DNA from: Porphyridium purpureum
Lineage: Eukaryota
Reading direction: 5' to 3'
DNA length: 64,000 nucleotides
Assembly (NCBI GenBank): GCA_008690995.1
Contig: VRMN01000014.1
Coordinates: 248,001-312,000, forward strand
Shown here: piece after piece, positions 31,824 to 43,102 of the stretch
How positions within the stretch are numbered: the stretch's first letter is position 1
Layout: every line of letters begins with the position of its first letter
Translations under genes and position numbers: made by a program
Notes under the pieces: model-generated
The model's database searches: none
What the model was told of the DNA's origin: nothing
The model's input: the letters and a program-made list of their open reading frames with translations, nothing else

Positions 31824-32741
31824 TCATGATTGGCTCGCAACTTCGGCCGGATAAAGCGGCGGTTTTCCATTCAGGCGCCATGTGGCCCATTGCAGCGCGG
31901 AAGCAAACACCAGGAACGAGGGCAACGGAAGCAGGATTTTGCCGGCAATGGCGTTGGGCGTGACGCGGGCAAACTGCAGCGCGGCCCATGCGGCCGACGC
32001 GAGCACAGCAAGCACCAGACTTGCGCCAGTGCCTTCGTCCTTCTTCACATTGACCACGTGGTTCCAAAGGTCGCCGAGCGTGAGGTGCCAGCAAAACCAG
32101 ACGATGGGCGCCGACAGCAACATGCCGTCTGCGGCGTGCACCACCAGAAGCGCAGAAAGTGGCCGCAACACAAAACCAATGATGCTCCACACGATGGGGA
32201 ACACGACGGTTGGCGGGAACCAGCGCGGGCGGCGCACCTCTTTCACCTCGGTCTGCGTCGGGCGCCGCGAGTTCAGCGGGGAGAAAATGCGCGAGCGAAT
32301 GGACAGGAACGCAAAGAACAAGTACACGATCACGTCGCGCGCGTTCCGTCGCAGCCCGAAATGTTTAACCACGTAGAGCAGCGCGACGTCCATGCCTTTG
32401 AGCGCGAGCGCCATGCACACAATCTGGCTCAAGCACGCGCCGATGTACAGCCCAATCATCTCATAGTCTGGACGGCGCTGCTGCGAGGGCGAGCTGGCCG
32501 CGAATTCCGCTGTCGGCGCGTCCTTGCGCGGCGACACGTGCAGCCTCGCGCCACGCGCTCTCTCCGTCCTTTCCGCGCGCGGCCGCACTGCCCCAGCAAA
32601 CTTGCCTTCACGTCTCAGCATTGTCGTCGAGCCGTGCCGCGACGACGCAGTATGGCGCCACGTCGCTGTGCCGTCGAATCCTGCACGCGCCGGCGCAAAC
32701 GCCACCACGCACGGCACTGGCGACCCTGTCGCACGCTTCAT
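31824..32741 (-). CDS. TspO/MBR-family membrane protein, probable plastid transit peptide
   Basis: RPRWFPPTVVFPIVWSII, HLTLGDLWN, AGKILLP; N-terminal VAFA motif and Arg/Ala-rich leader. Start at 32741 inferred. Confidence 0.82.
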   Translation of the reverse strand: MKRATGSPVPCVVAFAPARAGFDGTATWRHTASSRHGSTTMLRREGKFAGAVRPRAERTERARGARLHVSPRKDAPTAEFAASSPSQQRRPDYEMIGLYIGACLSQIVCMALALKGMDVALLYVVKHFGLRRNARDVIVYLFFAFLSIRSRIFSPLNSRRPTQTEVKEVRRPRWFPPTVVFPIVWSIIGFVLRPLSALLVVHAADGMLLSAPIVWFCWHLTLGDLWNHVVNVKKDEGTGASLVLAVLASAAWAALQFARVTPNAIAGKILLPLPSFLVFASALQWATWRLNGKPPLYPAEVASQS

Positions 32742-33091
32742 CGCGGCACACACGAAAGTGAAGACCGATGCGGCGCGGATGCCAGGAGGGTGCCGTGAGC
32801 CTGTCCTTGCCCAGTCTGTGCAGCGACGCCTGACGCTTGGTGTGAGTACCCCCCGCGGCACAAGGCGCAGACAGGTCGCTCCCACACAGAATCTCGCGGA
32901 GCTCAACCGCTTATCGGCCTATCAGCTTACTGGTCTAACGGTCTATCGGCGTATCGGTCTACCGGTCTACCCGGTTTCTTTTTTATCTCTTCTGGGTGTA
33001 CACTTGTAACTGGACGTGCGCCCGTGGCGGTGTGATGTAGAGAGAGACACAGACTAGCAGAGACCGCGTGGTGCTGGTGCTGACGACGCGT

Positions 33092-33880
33092 CTACTTGCC
33101 ATCCATGGCAGACATGAAGGATGGCGTTGGCGTCGGCAGGTCCTTGGTGCTTTGCAGCACCTTGTCGATGAGGCCGTACTCCTTGGCGGCGACCGGGTCG
33201 AGGTACTTTGTGCGCGCGGCGTCGGCCGCGACGATCTCGATGTCCTTGCCGCAGCACTCGGCGATGATTTGCAGCGTGACCTTGCGGTTGAGCAGCACCT
33301 CCTTGGCCTTGATCGCAATGTCCGCCGCCTGGCCGCGCGCCTGCGAGCGCGGCTGCAGCAGCATGACCGTCGCGTTGGGCAGCGCTGCGCGGTTGCCCTT
33401 GTCGCCGTTCGCCAGCAGCATCGCCGCGGCGCCAAACGCCTGGCCCAGGCAGATGGTGTGCACCGGTGGCGTGATGTAGTTCATGGTATCCGCGATCGCA
33501 AACGCCTCGGTCTCGAACCCGGCGGGGCTTCCGTCGGGGTTGGTGGTCCCCGTCGAGTTGATGTACATGAAAATGGGCTTGGACGCGTCGTTGTACTGCA
33601 AGTAGAGCAGCTCCGCGATGATCAGCTCGGTGACGGCCGGCACGAGCGGCATGCCAATGTACACGATGCGGTTGTGCAGCAGCAGCGACGGCAGATCCGG
33701 CGGCGGCCCAATCCGCGCGCCTTCGTAGCTCGACGCGCCCGACTGCATCATCCTGACGACGCCGCCCGCGCCGCCCGCCGCGCGCCGCGCCACTGCGACG
33801 CCATGCCCCGCCCGGCTCACGCTCGTTCGCCGCGCCGCGCGGCCACGCCCGACAACCCCCGTGCCCACAAACCCAATCAT
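33092..33880 (-). CDS. clpR: Plastid Clp protease non-catalytic subunit ClpR
   Basis: PPPDLPSLLL..RIVYIGMPL, YINSTG, FETEAFAI; catalytic Ser/His replaced (QAFG, MLLQP); leader MIGFV. Confidence 0.92.
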   Translation of the reverse strand: MIGFVGTGVVGRGRAARRTSVSRAGHGVAVARRAAGGAGGVVRMMQSGASSYEGARIGPPPDLPSLLLHNRIVYIGMPLVPAVTELIIAELLYLQYNDASKPIFMYINSTGTTNPDGSPAGFETEAFAIADTMNYITPPVHTICLGQAFGAAAMLLANGDKGNRAALPNATVMLLQPRSQARGQAADIAIKAKEVLLNRKVTLQIIAECCGKDIEIVAADAARTKYLDPVAAKEYGLIDKVLQSTKDLPTPTPSFMSAMDGK

Positions 33881-35580
33881 ACCACCCGCTTTCCCCTCAC
33901 CACAAACTCCCACCGCACACAAGCAAGTCCCCTCCCCGTTCCTGCTGGCGCGCCTGCTTCCTGCTTCTCCCCGCTCTCCCCGTCGTCCCTCCCCTGCTTC
34001 TCCCCCGTCGCCCTTCTTTCCCCTCGTCCTCCTCTCGTTCTCTCTTTCCATCCACTTGTCTCTGCCTCGCCGCCTCCACCCGCGACGACACGCAAAAACG
34101 AGAACGAAAAAAAAAAACGCCAAGGGTTGCCTGTAGGGTTTCTCTGCGCGCGACTCGGCTCGGGCGATGCGCACATGCAGTGCGAGCCGGTGGGCGTGTG
34201 CTCCGCTCGGCGTCGCGCGCGCGTGCGCCACTACGTCACACACGGCGCAGCGCGGCATCCCGTTACGGCCACCACGCACCGACCACCGTCATCACCACCG
34301 CGCGCGCGCGCGCTTGCTGCATCATCCACATCGATTCCTTTTACACATGCCTACACACACATATATATATATATTCACGGATACAGTGCCGCCGTTTCTG
34401 CGGTTGACACACAACAAGCAACCCCGCACCGCTCGTCTCTCACACCGCCATCCTCACACCACCATCCTCACTCCCAACCGCATCTGCCATCGCGTCACGC
34501 GCGGTCCCTCGTTCCTTCTTCCTCCTCCTCCCCCAACTCCACGCCTTCCACTCCCTCTCGCTCCTCCTCGCTGTACCCCCCACCTCTCACTGTACACCCA
34601 CCGATCCATCGCACTGATCACACGACCGCCAGCTCCATTTCAACCGATCCGACCCGACACCAAACCTGTGAGGAAAATAAATGCCGCGGCGTGGCGCGCC
34701 GCCATCACGGCAGTAGGAGAGACCGCGGGAGACGCGCGAACACCAGAGCGTGCCGCGCACAAGCCGCGTCGCACCGCAGCACAAACCCGCGCGCCGCTTG
34801 CCGCGCTTAACACCTCTCCCACCAACCCGCGCGTGTCGCGCACCCACGCCCCATTCCCACCCTCGCCATCCTTCCACACGCCGTCCCTCCCTCACACACC
34901 AACACACACACACAGCAGCTCTCACACAGCACACCAGGACTTGACACACACCACATCAAACCCCTCTTCATGCCCTCCCCTCCCCTCCTTCCCCCTTTCT
35001 CCTTCTCCTTCCGTGTACACCGAGTACACTATATTCTGTGTACAGTGCGTACAGTGCCCCCACCACCCTCCTTCCGCATCAACACCTGCCAGCACCTCAC
35101 GGCACCCCCCACCCGCATATCGAACGCACAGCTGTACCCCCACGTACAGTCCCCCCCCCACACCCGTGGATCCCAAAATGAGAAGGCGGCCGCTTTTCTG
35201 TAGCGAGGCGCGTTCGTCCAATTTGCAGCACGAACGCACACGCCAACCGAGTGAGGCACCAGAAAGTAGAATGCAAAGTAGAATACTGAAGAGAAGAGAG
35301 AACGGGATGTTTGAGTCAGGGGGGGGGAAAGGAGGGGTGTTTGAATAGGGAAGAAGCGGGAGGTATAGTAGAATGAGGGTGTTTGTATAGGGGGAGTGTG
35401 TGTGTGTGTGTGGTGCGGTGGTGGTGCGGTGAAAAGCAGGAGGCGGGAATGCCAAGGGGGTGAGAGGGTGGGGAAGACACTCAGAGAGGGAGAGCGAGAG
35501 TGGGTAGGTGGTGGTGAGGGTGGGTTTGGTTTGGTTTGGGTTTGGGTGGGGGAGTTTAGGAAAGGGTTGGTTGGGGAGTG

Positions 35581-36505
35581 ATGTCACGGTACGATTACCG
35601 CGGGAGGTGCGCGCGGCGATTACTACGATCGGCCGGCGCCGCCGCCGCCGCCGCCAGATCGGTACGGCGGGCGCGGCGCGTATGATACGTACGCGCCCCC
35701 GGTGAGGGGCGGCCCGCCGCCGGGGTACTACGATCGCGGGTACGACGCGCGCGACCGGTACGGCCCGCCAGCGCGGTACAGGGACTACTCGCCAGAGAGG
35801 AGGCACCACCGCAAGAAGACGTCCAAGAAGAGCAAGAAGAGCTCCAAGTACAGCAGCAGCTCGAGCGACTCGAGCTCCAGCGACTCGGACTCGGGATCCA
35901 GCGACTCGTCCAGCGATAAGAAGAAGTCCAAGAAGAAGAAGAGCAGCAAGAGCAAGAAAAAGTCGGGCGCCACAGACGCCGCCACCGCGGCCATGATGAT
36001 GCAGATGGGCATGAACCCGGCCATGGCGGGCATGGGCGGTATGGGCGGCATGGGCATGAATGGCATGGGCATGAACGGCATGGGCGGTATGGGCATGAAC
36101 CCGATGATGGGCGGCGGCATGGGCATGGATCCCATGATGGGCGGTATGGGCGGCATGGGTGGCATGGGCATGGGCGGCATGAACGGCATGGGTATGGGCG
36201 GCATGGGCATGAACCCGATGATGGGCGGCGGCATGGGCATGGATCCCATGATGGGCGGCATGGGAGGTATGGGTATGGGCGGAATGGGCATGGGAGGTAT
36301 GGGTATGGGCGGAATGGGCGGCGGTATGCCGCAACAACCCATGCTGGCGCTTCCTGCGCCCGACATGGGCGGCGGAATGGGCGGCGGAATGGGCGGCGGA
36401 ATGGGCGGCGGAATGGGCGGCGGAATGGGCGGCGGAATGGGCGGCATGCAGAACGGCGGCGGGATGGGCGGAATGCCTGGCGGCGACGGCTTCAATCCGT
36501 TCTAA
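35581..36505 (+). CDS. Low-complexity protein (YDR/Pro, Ser/Lys, Gly/Met repeats); ATG exon out of frame by 1 nt
   Basis: The main frame is open from 35582 to 36505 with a codon-structured repeat; MSRYDYRG at 35581 is in another frame. Confidence 0.7.
36001..36480 (+). repeat. GGC/ATG (Gly-Met) coding repeats, including (GGCGGCGGAATG)n
   Basis: Direct reading; duplicated MNPMMGGGMGMDPMMGG blocks. Confidence 0.9.
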
Positions 36506-37207
36506 GCTACTCTGTTCAGTTTTTGTCGCTTGGTTGTGCTGTGCGCCTGAGGAAACCACGTCGTGCGCAGCAGGAGCCTGCGTGCGACGCCATCCCGGAG
36601 GCCCTTCCTCTCTGCCGCGCAAGCACACCGCGGACCCGCGTGCGGTCCTGCTCATGACCGACGGCGCGCCTTCAGGCATCTATCATCACGCCAGCCGGAC
36701 GCTCGTGCAAGCTCGCGCATGCGCGTGCACCCCATCCTTTTTTTTCTTCCAGCACCGTTTTGACGGGGTTATTACGATAGTTGTTGATGTTGTTGTTGAT
36801 GATGATGATGTTTGTTTGTTTGTTTAGCGTCTTGTTCTTGATGTTGGTGCCGCTGCAAGGCGCGTGCGGTCGCCTGTGTCGGGCGCCGCGCGCGCCACGC
36901 GGTGTGCGCGCACCACACGATAAACACGCGGGACGCCGCAGCCCGTTGAGCCGAACTCCCGCTGTACCCTATCCACCAGAAACCCCGCTGTACCCCTGTG
37001 TTCAGTTGGTGGCCACTTTTTCGGGTTTTTCTTCGGTGATGCCGTGGCGTGCGGTTGTGGCGCGCGCACGTGAGAGCGCCGGGGGGGACAGCGCACGCAC
37101 GCCGGCGGGGAAGGAGACAGGGTGCGGCGTGGCCGATTCAGCGGTGGTCTGCGCGCGCGCGCACGTCTGGCCGAGTCTGTGCGCGAGATCGCCCGCCGCC
37201 GCGCAGC

Positions 37208-38588
37208 ATGAAGATCCGCGTCGAGCTGGATGTGGACGCCGCAGATCTGGACCGCGTCACCGCGCTCGTCGACGCGTTTGGCCGCCTGCCGCGTCGCTGG
37301 CGGCGCCTCCGGGCTGCCGTCTGCGCGCGACGCCGTGACGCTCAATGTCGCCGGCGCAAACAGTGCATCGCAAGCGAGCGCCTATGGTAACGCCGGCGTG
37401 CGCGCCGCGGAGCACGACGCCGCTAAGCCGCCGCGCATCCTCACAGAGACAGAGGTGGAGACGCAACTGATCGCGCCGCCGGAGATGAAAAGCACGCCCG
37501 TGCTTGATCACGTGCCGGCCGGGATCCCAGGTGCCGCAAAGGTCGCGCCGTGGCCGCCGCTTTCCGCGGCCAGTGCGACAGGCGGATCGGGCGCAGCTCC
37601 CGCGCCGTATCCGGCATACGGCACGCCTGGCAGCAACTATGCGTCGGCCAGCTCCGTGGCGACAGGCTCTCCTCAAGGAGCGTCGGACGTTCCCTATCCA
37701 GCGGGGCCGAATGCCGGAGGCGCTTACGGCAAGTCGAACTTGCAGCCGGACTCAGCATCCGCATACCCTCTAGCAACATCTGTGTCATCTAGTTCGTTTG
37801 GGGCGCACCCTCCGTCAGAATCCGGAGCGCCGTCCCCCCACGCAGCTGCTCCTCAACAAGCACAGGTGTCTTACCCGCCGTACGATCAAGCGCAGCATCA
37901 GCAGCAAGCATCTTCGATCATGTCGGCGGCTGTGCCCGCACCGTTCGGAAGCCAGATGGGGTCGCAGGCGCCGGCTGCCGCACCTCAGCAGAGCGCGAGC
38001 GGGCGACTCCATGACGACCTTCGGCGCGTAATTTTGCAACTGGCATCCGTGGAAGAGGTGACGTCAATGGTGAATGGCATGCTGGCAAGTCAAGCGGTAG
38101 GCGCGAGCGAGCTGGAAGCAGCTTTCCGCGGCGTGCTGTTCAGCGATGCGGAAGTGGGCGCGCGCGCCGACCGCAACTTGACCATCCTGCCGCTGATCGA
38201 CGTGCTGTGCGGCATCGAGCGCGGCGTTCAGACGCAGCTCAAGGAGTCGCTGCTGCGCACGTGCCTCAACGAGCTCAGCAAGGACCGCGCCATCGACGTG
38301 GACCGTTTTGAAATCTTTGCGTATGCTGACTGTTTTGCAAGCTTCTGCTTCTTTGGTGTGGTCCCCCTCTCGGCTGCGATCAAAACGTGCCTGTCCATGC
38401 TGCAGTATACGCAGCGCCGGTCCGCAGCTGTCACCTCGCTTGGCAAGATTGTCGAGTTGTGCGGGGACACGATTGTGCAGCAACTCGATGCCGCGCTCAT
38501 GCAACAGCTGCTGTCGACCATGCACGGCATCCAGGATCCAGAGCTCGCGTACGACGTCGAGTATATTGTCGGGAATCTACGAGTTTAG
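37208..38588 (+). CDS. Uncharacterised protein, Pro/Ala/Ser-rich middle and helical C-terminal domain; possible intron 37276-37363
   Basis: ATG 37208 (MKIRVELDVD) can join the long ORF through an 88-nt GT..AG phase-2 intron; the donor GTTTGG is weak. Confidence 0.65.
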
Positions 38589-38954
38589 CCAGAATCTTTT
38601 CTATATTGATTTTTACTGGCTGTAGACATTGGAGCTGGATTCGATCGCTCACACAACTGCGTGTTGGACGTTTGAAACGGCCGCGCATTCCAAGGATCAC
38701 CTGCGGGCGTGCTGGTTATATATATGTTACACTATCTATCTAGAAGACACTACTCCCGAGTATGGCAAAGCTATCTCTCTCTCCCTAACGATGATCACGT
38801 TTTCGTCTGGCTCTGCAAACTGCTGTTAGTCTAAGCCTTGTACCCTTTCACTCTGTACCACCCAAAAAAAAAAAAAAAAAAAGAAGCCCGCGCGCGTCTC
38901 GCAGTCAGTGCGGCCGCGCAACCGTGCCTGCGTGTCGTGATCCCGACCCACACT

Positions 38955-41900
38955 TCATCGCTTGGAGAAGCGGAGATGCAGGCACACAAAGCCTAGCATC
39001 CGGAACACCACAAAAAGCACAAAGAGCATGCTGAAGTAAAAGCCAAAGCCCGGCTGCGGAAGTAACAAACCGGCGCCATCGTAGATCGCCGTGTCAGAAA
39101 TCGGGCAGCCTTGGTTTGAAAACTTGCTACTATATCCAGGAGTGCACGGCACCTGCACTCCGCCATACTCGTTGAGGATAAAACTCGAATACGTGTACTC
39201 GAGAAATGAAGCCCAGCGAATTTCCTTGATAAATGGCGGCAGGTTGTTGCGCTCCACATAATACCCTCCGAGCACAATCCCACCCCATTGTACGACGGTC
39301 GCCACCGCGCCAGCGCCCAGCGGGTTCATCGTCGCCGAAATGATGAAGAAGCCAATGCTGTTTGCCGCCAGTACCGTGATCAGCTCGATGACCCAGAATA
39401 TGAAGAAACGGCCTGCATTCATATTCATGCCCACCGACCAGTACGTCGTGGCCACATAGATGCTTGGCCATACAAGCTCCAATGGCAGCTCGGCGCACGA
39501 CTTGGCCGCGACATAAGCGGATATGTGATAAAAGTATGCTTGCCGCTCCTTCTTGATCACTTTGGCCTCAGCGGGGATACTGCCGATCGGATTGAACATT
39601 GTCACATACGCAAAGAAGATGCTGCTAAAAAACAGGTAACCGAGCCGATCGTTGATGAATTCTTCTGTGTTTTCGGTCGGAATCCAAAGCAGTGTCGCCA
39701 GCAAGATCATCACTATGTACTGCCCGGCCACATAAGGGTTGAACGTGGCACGGCGTCGTTGAATGAACTCGCGTCCGTAGATGGCCAGAAACTGGGCCCA
39801 CCAGCCCACCCCGTATTCAAATTTTCGGACGTCTTTCTGTCCCATACCTTCTGCAGGCGCGTGGGGAACGTCACGAAGTAATTGGGATATGATCGGTACC
39901 CCCTCTGGGGCGCACAGATCTTCCAAGTTAACCTCCGGTGGCAACTCGTCCATGGCCAGAAGCGTCGGGTTCATGTCCGGGCTGAATTGATCCATCAGCG
40001 GATCTTGCGGCATTTCGTCACCGTCCTTGCGCACAATAGCGAGCGCTTGACTTGCTGCCTCCTGCAGAAGCGTGTTAACTGCACCTGCACCTCGCCTTGT
40101 TTTGGTACGACGAAGAGAATGTGCGTCTTGCCAGTCCTGTGGGTCTTGCCCATCCTGCGGGTCTTGCCCATCCTGTGCATCTTGCTTATCCTGTGCGTCT
40201 TGCCCATCCTGTGCGTTGACCAACTCTTCCTCTGGTGCGTCTTGCTTCAGCGACGCCGGAACGTAAGACGTCTTCATCGAAGGCTCGGGCTCTGTGTTCC
40301 CTTGCATCGGCATCAACCCGTTCGAGGACGACATTGGTGATACCTTGGTTGCGCTAGCGTTCGGTGGCGTCGAATCGCTCAACTTGCTGCGCAGCTTTGC
40401 GTACTTTTCATGCCCTGAGACAGTGGACAGGGTCGAGTCCCAGTACTGTTGCCAGGTCTTGCGGACTACCACTTTGTTGCGCAAGCGTGGCGCGATTTCC
40501 TGTATCGTCTCGACGCGATTTTCCCATTCGCGAGTTAGAATCTCGCGCACGAGCTCGCCTTTGATGTAAATAGGGTCCATAAGCAATTGCATAAAGAAAT
40601 CCAGCACGTTATACGTCACAGGTACCAAAAATCCAATTGACGCGAGGTAATCTGCGACGAGGTCGGCCTTTCCAAAGTAGGCCGCCTTGCCGTCGACTAG
40701 CATAAGTACTTTGGAAAAGCGATGAAACATTTGCGAGGTGGGCTGATGAATGGTGGTAATCACGGTTTTGCCTTCCAGCGCAATCTGCTCGAGCAATTCT
40801 ACGACACGCTCTGCGCTGTAGCTGTCCAACCCAGACGTCGGTTCGTCCAGAATAAGGATGGGCGGGTCGGCCACGAGCTCGTTTGCGATTGCGAGCCTCT
40901 TGGACTCGCCCGACGAGAGTGTTGACACTGCATGGTTGCGCACTTTGGTCAGCGACAGCCGGTCGATCAGCCGGCTCACAAAGTCCTCGCGCTCCTTAAG
41001 CTTCGGATAGCGTTGCACCGCGCGCACATTGGCGGTGAACTGAATGGCCTCAGACACGGTCAAGTTCGACAGAAACACGTCGGTGTCCAACACGTAGCCG
41101 ATCGCGTGGCGTGTACCAAGGTCCGGCGCCCTGCCGGCCACTTCAATCTGTCCCGTGAACGTGCCGACGCCCTGGCCCAGAATAGCCTTGAGCAGCGTTG
41201 ATTTCCCCGATCCAGACGGCCCCATAATGGCCAGGAATTCGCCTGGGCGCACCACCATGGAGATATTCTGCAGTGCGTGGTTCACTTTGGCTTTATCATG
41301 CAGGCTGGCGAGCGGATCTGCACGACCGAGCAAGTGCCTGGCCTTGAAGCGTATGCGATCCGGCCACGATGCCTGTGGCTTGACCAGCATATAATAATTG
41401 AGTCGCGACACGTACACTTCCTCGCCCGTGGCCTGGCAAATGCCTGGCAGCAGCATGAATTGTGGCCCTTGCAGGTCATCTGCATCCGGGACGAGCACGA
41501 CAGCATCATGCTCTGGATGAACCTGATTTTCCATGATCATATCTATCGACCCTGCGCTCATGGACACCGAGGACCCCGTCGGGGCCGCGGACAAAGCCCC
41601 GCCATCAATGGCAGCGACGTGGCATACTGCGGAGCCAGCAATCACGCCTTCCGCGACCAGCTGATCGACGGTGTCCCTATGCTCCACATTCTCCAGTTCG
41701 CGCCAGTCCAGCACGACCTCCACCGTCTCTCCACCCGCTGAGCCCAGCGCCATGTTTCCACGCCGCGTCGACCGCCGCGACAGCGTCAACCCACCTATAC
41801 CCACCAGACTATTCTTCTCCGCACTCTGCTGCCTTTTCACTCTACCGCCACTCTCCTCGTGCTCCTGCTGCAGCTTTTCTGTCCCCTGCTCAAACCACAC

Positions 41901-42122
41901 ACCCTTCTCATCGCTGCATCCACTACGCGCGTTGTCCTGGTGCTCCTTTTTATCCAGCTCGTGCGGCTGCTGCTGCTGCTGGTTCTGCTGGTGCTGCTGC
42001 CCCTGCTGCTCCTGGTTCTGCTGGTGCTGCTGCTCCTGCTGCTGCTGGTGCTGCTGCTGGTGCTGCTGCCGCTGGTGCAGCTCCTGTTCCGACTGGGACT
42101 CGGGCTCCATCTGTGTGTGCAT
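38955..42122 (-). CDS. ABCG (White-like) half transporter
   Basis: GPSGSGKST, LSSGESKR, ILDEPTSGLD, TIHQP; C-terminal ABC2 TM domain; polyQ N-terminus. Confidence 0.95.
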   Translation of the reverse strand: MHTQMEPESQSEQELHQRQQHQQQHQQQQEQQHQQNQEQQGQQHQQNQQQQQPHELDKKEHQDNARSGCSDEKGVWFEQGTEKLQQEHEESGGRVKRQQSAEKNSLVGIGGLTLSRRSTRRGNMALGSAGGETVEVVLDWRELENVEHRDTVDQLVAEGVIAGSAVCHVAAIDGGALSAAPTGSSVSMSAGSIDMIMENQVHPEHDAVVLVPDADDLQGPQFMLLPGICQATGEEVYVSRLNYYMLVKPQASWPDRIRFKARHLLGRADPLASLHDKAKVNHALQNISMVVRPGEFLAIMGPSGSGKSTLLKAILGQGVGTFTGQIEVAGRAPDLGTRHAIGYVLDTDVFLSNLTVSEAIQFTANVRAVQRYPKLKEREDFVSRLIDRLSLTKVRNHAVSTLSSGESKRLAIANELVADPPILILDEPTSGLDSYSAERVVELLEQIALEGKTVITTIHQPTSQMFHRFSKVLMLVDGKAAYFGKADLVADYLASIGFLVPVTYNVLDFFMQLLMDPIYIKGELVREILTREWENRVETIQEIAPRLRNKVVVRKTWQQYWDSTLSTVSGHEKYAKLRSKLSDSTPPNASATKVSPMSSSNGLMPMQGNTEPEPSMKTSYVPASLKQDAPEEELVNAQDGQDAQDKQDAQDGQDPQDGQDPQDWQDAHSLRRTKTRRGAGAVNTLLQEAASQALAIVRKDGDEMPQDPLMDQFSPDMNPTLLAMDELPPEVNLEDLCAPEGVPIISQLLRDVPHAPAEGMGQKDVRKFEYGVGWWAQFLAIYGREFIQRRRATFNPYVAGQYIVMILLATLLWIPTENTEEFINDRLGYLFFSSIFFAYVTMFNPIGSIPAEAKVIKKERQAYFYHISAYVAAKSCAELPLELVWPSIYVATTYWSVGMNMNAGRFFIFWVIELITVLAANSIGFFIISATMNPLGAGAVATVVQWGGIVLGGYYVERNNLPPFIKEIRWASFLEYTYSSFILNEYGGVQVPCTPGYSSKFSNQGCPISDTAIYDGAGLLLPQPGFGFYFSMLFVLFVVFRMLGFVCLHLRFSKR

Positions 42123-43066
42123 CTCTGTCTGTCACTCGCTCCACCAAGAGACACCAATCGAGGTGACTCACCAATAACGTACACGCACCACGCCCACGCA
42201 CCACGCCAAGTATGTGTTTGCGTGTGGTTGTGTCAACGGCCTTCAATGCAGCGAGACGCAACCCTCGCCGCAATGCACCGTCGTCCGCTTCGCCCGTTTG
42301 CGCCCGTTTGCGCCCGTTTGCGCCCGTCCACAGCGCCGCGCGCGCTTTTCGCCCACGTCACCGTGGTACTCACCGCGGTACTCACCCGCACGCCGCTTGC
42401 ACCACCACCACCACCACCGCCACCACCGCCTCACACGCAAAGCTTCGTGGTTCTCGTGCGCGCGCACTTTGCTTATTCGGATGGGACACGTCCGCCGTCA
42501 CCCAATCCGCCGACTGGGATAATGCCACCACACAGTTCGCTCGCTCCACGCGGCGCGCGCTGGGCACGCTCCGCACGGCGTCGGCGCGGTGTTGGCCGCG
42601 AACACGAGCTGCCAGACAATGACGCGGGACTCTGCAGCCCGGCGGCAGAAAGCGAGGCGGAACAAACGGTGCACGACTCGCAGAGCGCGGCGTCGGAAAG
42701 GACACGTGCCGCTCTGCCGACTCGGGGCCAGCCGTGTGGGAGAAGACAGGCGGCGCTGGAGCGTCACCCGTGTTGAGGGGTGAGTGCGAGCCGTCCGACA
42801 ACGCGTGCGCGGTACTTGAACGAGCCCACGTCCGCAGATGTCAACCGTGACGGAACTGATTAGCGTCCTCCGCGGGACACGCGAAGGAGGTTGACTTTTG
42901 AGGCGTGTGATTCTCAGGCGCGCCAGCCTTCGGGGCGGCTGGAAGGCGCAAGTGGACTCTCAAGACACTGACCCCGCGCAACAGCAGTCACGCGCCTCTT
43001 GTTGTCGGGTTGGCGGTGACGTCGGAGAAACAACCTTGCCGAGGAGATACACGACGCACACACGCT

Positions 43067-43069
<3 letters not shown>

Positions 43070-43098
<29 letters not shown>
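43070..43098. repeat. (CA)n microsatellite
   Basis: Direct reading. Confidence 0.9.

Positions 43099-43102
<4 letters not shown>

Noticed and set aside
33068..34810. 580-aa plus-strand ORF; likewise 34922-36679(-), 60588-62594(-), 15240-16523(-)
   Set aside because: Antisense shadows of real GC-rich genes extended through low-complexity DNA.
36360..36445. Regular repeats as a CRISPR array
   Set aside because: No unique spacers; coding Gly/Met repeat in a eukaryote.
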